Part shown: piece by piece, positions 54,864 to 64,000 of the stretch | Layout: the number at the start of each line of letters is the position of its first letter | Position numbering within the stretch: the stretch's first letter is position 1 | Assembly (NCBI GenBank): GCA_964304625.1 | Contig: OZ199838.1 | Span: 3,210,656 to 3,274,655 of the forward strand | DNA from: Kudoa neothunni | Taxonomy: Eukaryota > Animalia > Cnidaria | Direction: 5' to 3' | Length of the DNA: 64,000 nt | Made by a program: the position numbers and the translations under genes | The notes under the pieces: generated by a model | The model's input: only the letters and a program-made list of their open reading frames with translations | Databases searched by the model: none | What the model was told of the DNA's origin: nothing

Positions 54864-57220
54864 GAGTCGAGATTCGATATTGTGTAATTTTTGGGACCAA
54901 GCAAAAATTACGCAATATCGAGTCACGTACATGCGCACTTGTAAAAATATTCGATTTAAACTTGTTTTGTGCGTTTATCCTACTTTAAATCATTGCTAAT
55001 GAAATAAAATAAATATAAGGAATTTTATTTAACTCCATCAGACAAAATTATTAATTTTTATGAAAAAATGAAGTAATTTTAGTTTGATGCCATCTTTGAG
55101 ATATTTTTAAAATTCGATCCATTATCGGATGAAGATCGATGAGTCCAGATGGATCTTCCTGAATAAACACCTTCCTTAATGTACTTACGGCATGCTTTAT
55201 ATCATTTATTGGAACTTTTGATTCTTCCTCATCAGATTCGATTTCATTCTGAATTGGATTCACTGTTGATATTAAGACATCGCCGTTATCATCTTCACAA
55301 GTAGGTAAGTTATTATCATCAAAGTTGGTCTCCCATGTTTCCTCCTCGACTATAAAAATATTAAAATTTCATTGTATATTTATACTCTGTTCATCTTCGA
55401 AAATTTTATCATTTGTTTTCGTCTCTGTATCTCCTATGATAATGGATTAATTTTTGAAGTTCCTATTAGCTTTTACTTTCGCTAAATATGCCCGACTTTT
55501 TAAAACAGTTAACAATGATTTCAGATGGAATACTGTTCCATGCTTCTTGGAGTGTCAAAACTGCATTAAGTAATGTAAATTTATTATTTAACGAATCATC
55601 ACATAATGCCATATGGCTACACAATATTTGTTTGTATCTACTTTTAAGACAGTTAATCACTCCGAAATCGAGTGGCTGTAAAACACTTGTAGTATTTTTA
55701 GGGTAAGAAGAGAAACTTTACTAAAACAAGTGATATCTTTGGGATGTGCTGGACATTGGTCCAGCAAGATTAGTATTTTTCGTTGTTCTGACTCCATTTT
55801 AAAATTTAATTTTTTCATTATCTGGAAAAACATAGCAGAGGTCATCCAAGAATTTTTTTTGGGCATAATACCCATAAGGTAAATTTTTTACCCTCTTGAA
55901 GCGCCTGGGGTTTTGGTATTTCCCAATTACGACTAAGAGCAACTTTTCTCCCCTTAAAGAGCACGATACCTGAAATGTGGCACCAAAAATGCAAAAGAGG
56001 GAGACTCGAATAAGAAATAAGCAAGACAATAATGATACTCTAATCACGAGGTGGTTTATATAGGGTGAGGGGCTGGTGATTCCTATTTTTCCGGGTCTCC
56101 AAAATGGTCGGGGCGCGCCTCCGCCTTTGAACGAAACGGGATTCTCCTCGCCCGGTCTCCTACGTTCGGCTTAGAACCAAAAGTTCCGTAAGCAACTCGT
56201 AGGTCTAAGACTAGAGCTGTCGTGGTGGAGAACCCGGGTTCAAACAAGGTTTGGATTCAGAAGGAAATAGTTTGTAAGTGTTGACCCCGCGGCCGCCCGA
56301 ATGTTTCCCGCGCTAAACTGGAGAAGTCGGAGACCCAACAATACCAAAATCGTTATTCTTTTTTTCGATAGCTTTTTATCTTTAATGTCATTTTCTTCTT
56401 TTAATAAATAACTACTGTTCTGTAATTGCTCATAAAACAAACTAGTTTCGTCAATATTGATTATATTTTTGGGCTATATATGCTTATCAAATTTTTATTT
56501 TCATAGATCCACGAATCAATAGACGCAACGTTAGCGCTCGCAGTTTCATTATGAAAATGCTTGAAAATGATTCCAAACCTTTTTTTAAACCCCGCTAGCC
56601 AACCCCTGCTTGCTTTAAAATTTTGAACTTCATTCTTTCTGGCAATTATGGTGGCCATTTCAAGTATTACGTCACCAAAAATAATGTGACCATTGGTGCG
56701 TTTTTTGATAAACCATTCATAAACTTCTTCGTCGATGTTGATAAATCTTCCATTTGAATGCCTCTTCCTATTTCCTGCAACATCTGAACTTTTCAGCTTG
56801 GTTTCATGAGAAAGAATTCTGTCAAGCGTTGAATGTCCTTTAAGAAATAAATTGTTTATCGATTAAAAATAATCATACCACTAAGTTTAAACTTTTCAAC
56901 CGTCATTTTCTTTGCGCCCTTTATTGATTTTATTGAATTGTAATATTGTATCATCCTAATTTTCTCAGAAATTTCACGCTGCTCCCTGGACGTATTGAAG
57001 ATGAAATCACGCAATATCGAATCACGTTAGTAATTTACGTTACGTAATAAAAAGGTTTTAGGCAATACTAAATCAGAGGCACATAGAAAAAATATTTTTT
57101 TATTTTTATTCTATATTATTAATTCAATAAATAAAGTAATGATATAACTCTAAAATTAAATCCTGATGTAAATATCTTCATATAGAAAATCTTAAATTAC
57201 GCAATATCCAATCTCGACTG
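54864..57220 (-). mobile_element. pogo/Tigger (CENP-B-like) element, degenerate
   Basis: TIRs (G)AGTCGAGATTCGATATTG and CAATATCCAATCTCGACTG with TA TSD. Motifs FKASRGWLAGFKKRFGI, SWMTS, ILLDQCPAH. Empty site in copy 1 (~40343). Confidence 0.93.
55971..56340 (-). mobile_element. Solo LTR (370 bp) inserted in the Tigger transposase
   Basis: TG...CA ends, exact 5-bp TSD ATACC and GC-rich composition. TATATAA box on the minus strand. Removing it restores KKRITILV|SCSLRGEKL. Confidence 0.88.
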
Positions 57221-58735
57221 TAAATGGGCCGGAACTAACAATTCTAACGCATTTAGATGCATTACTTAATTTTCTAGATAAGCACCATTTGTCGAAAAAG
57301 TTATACCTCGAGTGTTTTAGAAAACAATTTAATTTAAATTTTTCAATGAATAGTTCTAATTAAAAACATCTTTAATGATATATTTAAATTCAATAAATTT
57401 TAGTGCAACGAGGACTTTTTAAAAAGACATCATTTACAATTCTCTGGTGCCACAGAAACGAATGATACTCCCTTATTTCTAGAGGCTCTGAAGGTATTTA
57501 TAATTTTTGCCATTGGTTCCAACATATCCTTGCGAACATTTTTTTGAGATTAATCCGCCTCAAGTATGAGGCAAGTACAAAAATTTCCTGTGAAAGCGAT
57601 ATGCGAATACATTCCATGACAATGTCGCTTATTTCACATTAATCTCTAAAAACAATAACGGAAATCTCGTTGATAATAAATATTTTTAGATTTTGTATTG
57701 ATATTTTATTTTGTTGATCTGCCATTTTTTCAAGAATAATTCTTTATTCTTTAAGTAACTGAAAATATTATTTTCCAAAATTAAATTAACAAAACGTTTA
57801 CACAACGGTAGGTTTAGATACATTTTAAAAGATTAAAAACCAATGAAATAGACTCATGCTTTTTAAGACTAAAATTTTATGTATAATCGACGAAATTATA
57901 AAGTTTAGTAGGAATTAATATGTTCACTATTTTTCTCTAATCATATAATTGAATTATGTGGTGGAAAATGAAAATTGTGAGATAAATTAAAAGTAAGAGA
58001 ATCGTATAGCATCAATTTTTGTAAAATGAATTTATTTTTCCTCCCCCAAAATTCTATTATAAAAATTATCACTAAATCAAAGAATAAATGGGGGCTAATA
58101 CTCTTTTTGAAATACAATTATTGTGATAAATCAAGAAGAAAGAGGGTTGGAAAAAGTTAATTTTATAATAATGTAGAATAAAAATTGAATTTTTCGCCAT
58201 TCTTTTATTTTTGATGTTTAGCTAAGAAGCCAAACTAGAACAAATATATAGGAAACAAAAAGAATTCAATTTTGTCAAGGTTTAAGTTATATTTGTATAC
58301 TTAAACTTAATTTGGCAATCATTTCACATAAAATTTGGTTTAAATTCCTAAACTGCAAAGATACAAGAGTCATTTCAGTTATAATTAAAACAGGCATTTA
58401 ATAAGCAAAATATTAATTATTCAATGGGGGATTTTATGATACACATTGATTCTTTAATGTTAATGCATTGATCGAACAATTCATCTCATATTTAATTACT
58501 GAATGATTTACTCTACTCATTGTTATTAGTTTATCACATCATACTTAACTAGTACAATAAACTCATAATTTCCAAAGATTATTTAAGCAAAAATTATATC
58601 GTTAATTTCCTATTCAACTACTCTTTAATAATTAAATATTATAATATTATTTATATAATAAACTTAAATATAATTGAATACACCTATTTAAATAAGTGTA
58701 TCGACAACTTCCGTGAGTAAATTAAACCAGCTACG

Positions 58736-61654
58736 ATGCAACCATTACCTCACATTTTTGGAATATGTTTAGTCATTTTATGTAACTACAGGCGTAATTC
58801 TAATTGTTACGTAACCAAATTTAGCAAAATGTATTTTACTAAATGGAGAAGTTCCTGCAAGTCCTGCAGCTCCTGTCCCTGCAACACCTCAAAAAACTCT
58901 CAGCTACATTATCGTCAAAGAAAATAGTGAAAATAAGGTTAAAATAACTCTGAATGGCAATGATTTTGCTTCAAAAAAATGTAACATCCAAAAGTCCGCT
59001 AAAACTGACGAAAGTTACGAAGAAATGTATGCATGCACTGAAGGTAGTGGTGATATTACTGACTCTGGAAAATGCTATAAAACCTGTCCAACGGATGATA
59101 AACTGACCTTTACTCAATTTTCACCAAGGACCAAGTATGTAGCGGTTTTAACAGGGGTTGTTTCTGGAAGTACCGTTACGAAAGATCAAGGTGGAACAGT
59201 TTTTGGGCTCGAACTACGTATATAATTAATTATAATTATATTTATATAATATAATATTAGGTTTATTGGTTAATCCGCAAGTAACGATATCAACTACAAC
59301 TGGAATGAAATTGAAATTATGCTCTATCACCTACAATCAAGTCGCATGCCCCATAGTTTACAAAGGGGTACAATACGCAGGAGGAACTGCTGGAACTAGT
59401 TGCACTACTGCAAGTACTACTAACAACGAGGTGGATTTCGATTTGATGTTACCTCATTATGAAATGAGATGTGTGCATTATCCCAGTTTTTTTTATAAAC
59501 TGCAAAACAATTATACGTTAAATAATATGGACGATATGGACGTTTACCAACCCCAATATTATGTGAAATTCAATGACACTGGTAAGACCAAATATTTAAT
59601 AAAGTTCACAAATAAGTTTCCTTTTGAAATATGGCCGTTTCAGTATTAAAGAAGAGTCTAATCCTGTTACATCGTCTACATCCAATGAGTATACTTCAAA
59701 TTGCGGCGGAGAAATAAAGATTGTTATGCTCCTTGTAATGACGTAGAATTAAACTTTGAGGCCTCAAAAGTCCTTGTTGAAGTCATGATTCAAACGAGAC
59801 ATTTCTCTTTAGCAAAAAGTGGTGAAAAATACCTTGGTTATATACAAAAGAAATTTGGTAATAAATCATTATTTGTGCTTTTAAATCATCGTTGTTTAGT
59901 CGTGACTGAGACTTCTACTCCTGATGCGGTGTTATTGTCTACCTTCAAAAAAAGTGGTGTAACGTTAAATGTGCCTTTATTTAAACCAGATGGCGATATT
60001 AAATTTGGAAGTTGCACAGTGACGCATTATGCAGCAGATAAACCGACTCCTGCTAACGGTGCAGATACAAAATGTGAAGGTTCCGATTCCAACTGTTGAC
60101 ACTAAATGTGATTCAGGCCTTAAACATAAAAGGCCTCTCAAGTGGAAAGCCATACATACTCCTTATTGCAGCTGATACCACAAATAATGTACCGGCTAAT
60201 TTTAAGGAGAAAATATTCTTTAGAACAGGTAAAACAGTTTTAGTATTAAATTTGTTGTAAAATATCTTAAGAAAATGATGGTACAACAATATTTTCTTCA
60301 GAAGCACCAACGTTAGGGGAGACAACGGCCTCAATCACAGCCTTCTCTCCAGCTGGAGAATTGACAACAAGGTGACATTACATGCGCCTATTATATTAGT
60401 CCGCGCGGAAAGGATGTATATGTTTGTGCTATGTGCATCGACAGCTACCCATGTCGAGGCTTTTGCAAGGAAACTCAGAATATTGTTGGGTTGAAGCCGG
60501 GTACTGAGTACGACCTTAAGGTTGTTGCACATAAAAATAATGGATTCAAAGTACATCAAATTACAACAGGTATATTAGCTAAGATATATGGAATGATTCA
60601 ATTTATAGTAAAATCAACGTTCACACTTACACAGGGAATTTGTTGGAAAAAAGGTTTCAAAATAGGAGCCACATTGTCTACTCCTAATACTGAGGCTAAA
60701 TGCCACTACAAGGTTCAAGTTAAGAAAGGGAGAATTGTATACATTAATTCACGAATGCCCACACAGCACCAATTTCTCAAAAAGCGACTGGAACCCCCCG
60801 CCAAAAAAATCAAATCTTTCTAAAATTACGGTTGCTAGATCAGCAGCTGATTCAACTACCCTTCGACCCAGGAAAACTATCTCAAAAGTGCCCACCTATT
60901 GCACTGAGCCTCCGTCATGTTCAGAGATATTATTCACCACTAATTATGATCGTTCAAAGAAATATCGTGTAGTGGTGACTACGGTAGGAGCAGTGGAAGC
61001 ACATATTGAAATTCCGGAGAGTACAATTTTTGATTTTAATAAAATAAAATTTTGATTATAATATAATTATTCTAATTAGATACCCTACCAAAAAGCGAAG
61101 ATATAACAAAACAAATTATTATAAGTATTGAACGTGATGGAAACAAATTAAAAGGTTACATCAGTATTACCAACAGGAGGTCGCTGAAAGCATTTGTGGA
61201 TGGGAATTAAGAGATACAACAAATTCCGAGAACGTTTTGGTCAAATCATGTAATGGAGAAAACGACGGAGCTTGGCGCAACCTTTCCTAAATGCAAGGAA
61301 TTTGAGATCACAAATGTTGAGGATACAAACGATTACCATACTAACAGTTTATGTTAGCAATACCCCATCAATCAATGGAAATAGCCTAATTAAGAAAGGT
61401 AAAATGTGTTTGACGCTCCAATTAATAAATTTGTCTTAGGAGAAAGTTATGACACAATGAAATCAACGTAACTTAGTATATTTAATTTTTATCACTTATA
61501 ACATTTATTTAGATCAAAAAATACCATGTAAAATTAATCTTGTTTTATGTATTTATAACTCTTTTAATATTATAGAATAATAATAGTCGCAGCCGCTGTA
61601 GGTGTTGTTGTTCTAGCGGCTGTCGTTGTGGTTTTCATAAAGAAAAGGAATTAG
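58736..61654 (+). CDS. Uncharacterised type-I membrane FN3-like protein (copy 2), many 1-nt indels (assembly errors or pseudogene)
   Basis: Same exon structure as 41887-44779. Frameshifts are mostly single-base homopolymer expansions. Confidence 0.7.
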
Positions 61655-63403
61655 CCAACTATTTATTATTTAATAAACAGATTAGACTTGTTGATTAGTA
61701 GATTATTTTAATTACTCATTTTTTAAAATTTTTATTTCCGTTTCTATCGGAATATTCTTAAAATTTTTCAATGTTAGTACAATTAATATAGATAATTTTT
61801 ACTTAATTGACTTATCTAGCTATTTATGCTTATCGTAATATTACATATTTTTATTTGTTGTCAAATCTTTTTGAGTTATTAAGTATAACAATTATTTTCG
61901 TTCATTAAAATTTTAAAAATGTTATAGAGAACCATTATGTTTCGTAATAATACACAAAATACGGATAGAAAAATCTCAGCATTAAAGTAACACTTTTACA
62001 TAATTTGACGCTCAAAACAAATTTTGTTATCAGCCATTGAATATAATAAAGGTAATAAATATTAATTTAAAATCTTTAATATTGTTTTCATCCATTACTA
62101 AATAACTTTTTCCTTAATTACATACAGTGTTGGGGATTTTAATTTTATATCCCATTTGACAGTTTAATAAAACCAACTCAATAATTTGTGAGTTATAATT
62201 GTTAGAATATCCCGATTATAATAATGATTAGCAATAATAATCAATATTAACAATAAATTCGTTGAGATCTCCATTTAGAAGTCGATAATTCGAACAACGG
62301 TTGCAGTATCATCATAAAAATTTATTTTCATTCTATATTTCTCGTTTATACAATAGATGAAACCATTTGTTAAAATGCGAAAGTATACCATGTTTCAACA
62401 TCATGCGATTCATTTAATTTCTACGCAGCAATTAATTTTGTTGAACGCTTTCATCGAGTCATGTTATGATTTTTTCCGCTTATAAACCAATATTTCCTAC
62501 AACGAAATTCGTTCCGCTAATCTTAATAATTAATATTTTGAATTCTTAAATAATTATCCTTTAGTTTTTAAAAATACCACCAGACATTAAATTATAACTG
62601 TTTAAATAGCAGTATATCTCGTTCGTATCATCAAAAACGAAAATAATTTCATTACATTATTACTTTATATTTACCAGAAATATCGCTATTTTTAATTTAA
62701 TTTTATCGGTCATTAGGAGTAAAAAATATTTCGTATATTTGAATAATCACGTGATTTTTATTTTCATTATTTTTTTACCTTATATTGATCCAAACTCCCC
62801 CAAAATTCAGGAAATAATTGCTAAAAAGAAAATAAAAAATAATTCTTATTTAATATTTATAAGTTATAACAATTTTTTTATAAAATTGCAACATTAATAG
62901 AGTTTTCACATGCGCGCCCCCAAAAAGATCCTATAATAGGTAAGTTTACGACGTAAATTTTACGTTATTATTCGTACATTTCGGTAAAAAACTTTATTGA
63001 GTTTCTTATTTAAAAAAAATGAACTCTATAAACAATCACAAATATTAAAGTTACTTTTATTCAGGGATGACTTGTATCCCGCCAAAAAATGAAATTTCTG
63101 CCGACCATATTTCTATAAAATTTAAAAAAATGGCGTAAAAATAATATAATTTATATTAATTGCATATTTTGCGCTCATAAAATGCGCAATATTAAGTTCA
63201 TCTACGTAGAATTAAAACTTAAGAATATTTTCTCAATATGAAAATAAATATAACAAATGTACATAAGAAACATGTTTCTAAATTATAATCTCATCGTGAC
63301 TTATTTCATAAATATACTCTTTAATGATTCGAATTCGGAAAGACAAAGCTTAATTCCAGTTCATTTCGAAGGTAAATAACAATCTTCAAAACCTACATTA
63401 AAT

Positions 63404-63997
63404 TCAACACAAACGAACAATCATTTTAAAAATACCATCGTAGGTTTCTTGCGGAGGGCCGAAAATATCAACTTTGACATCCTTGTGAGGATAGCGTTTT
63501 TTACAAACCAACAAGTCAACATTCAAACAACGTAAGCATTTCTTCAATAATAGAGGTATGCAAAAATTTTCCAAAATGTTCAATAATTTCAGACTATGCA
63601 TAAATAACAGATAAAAAGAATAACACAAAAAAGTACTTTAGGATATGCCAGCTTTATCGTGAATGAGATTTTTGAACAGAGTGAATATATAGTTACACAT
63701 TTTTTTTGCAATTGCGCCAGTTTGATGATCAATCCAAGGTCGACTAATAAATGAGCTGGTAATAGGCTTGTCACCACTTTCATCATCAACGGTGATGTGC
63801 CATTGGTTAGCATAATTGGTGTGTACAATATGTCTAACATCAAGAGGATTTCTATGAGCAGACCACAAGCAATAAGTAGTTGCACCACCGAAGATACATG
63901 AGATGGGTTGTATGGCATCATTCATTGGTTGGAAATGATTCAAAGTTTGACTAATAACTTTATCCAACGGTAATCCAGTTGATTGTGTATTTAACAA
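63404..63997 (-). other. Unidentified coding-like fragment truncated by the window end
   Basis: About 195 codons in one frame with a single internal stop, and higher GC than the flanks. No family recognised. Confidence 0.3.
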
Positions 63998-64000
63998 TAA

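Larger units (their letters stand above)
51258..62105 (+). repeat. Segmental duplication, copy 2, expanded by later insertions
   Basis: Collinear with 37799-45222 after removing 52562-53784 and 54864-57220. Confidence 0.95.

Noticed and set aside
62124-62830. Possible mariner/Tc1 relic after the duplication end
   Set aside because: There is a TACAGTG start, but I could not read a matching TIR or a convincing catalytic motif.
1-64000. tRNA, rRNA, snRNA or spliced-leader genes
   Set aside because: None recognisable by eye. A tRNAscan-SE/Infernal search would be needed to exclude them.

Overview
Very AT-rich eukaryotic (animal-type) genomic DNA with short (~40-65 nt) spliceosomal introns, degenerate donor sites and dense, nested DNA transposons. 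The style suggests a reduced parasitic metazoan such as a myxozoan cnidarian; this is inference and not provable here. Five conserved intron-containing genes are recognisable: an STK16-like kinase, DDX46/Prp5, spermidine synthase, a Rab8/SEC4-family GTPase and TOM40. The intergenic space holds piggyBac, Tc1/IS630, pogo/Tigger, hAT, Merlin (IS1595-like) and MULE elements plus a solo LTR; many have TIRs and TSDs readable in the sequence. The right half contains a direct segmental duplication (~37.8-45.2 kb vs ~51.3-62.1 kb). Each copy carries an unrecognised type-I membrane protein gene: signal peptide, about 7 Cys-containing FN3-like beta modules mostly split by phase-1 introns, a TM helix and a 4-residue tail. 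The two copies are near-identical in introns, promoter and membrane-proximal domains but differ in clustered amino-acid-changing patches. This makes the pair a candidate variant surface antigen or allorecognition-type family, and the most interesting signal in the window. Single-base indels occur even in essential genes, so many frameshifts are probably assembly errors.
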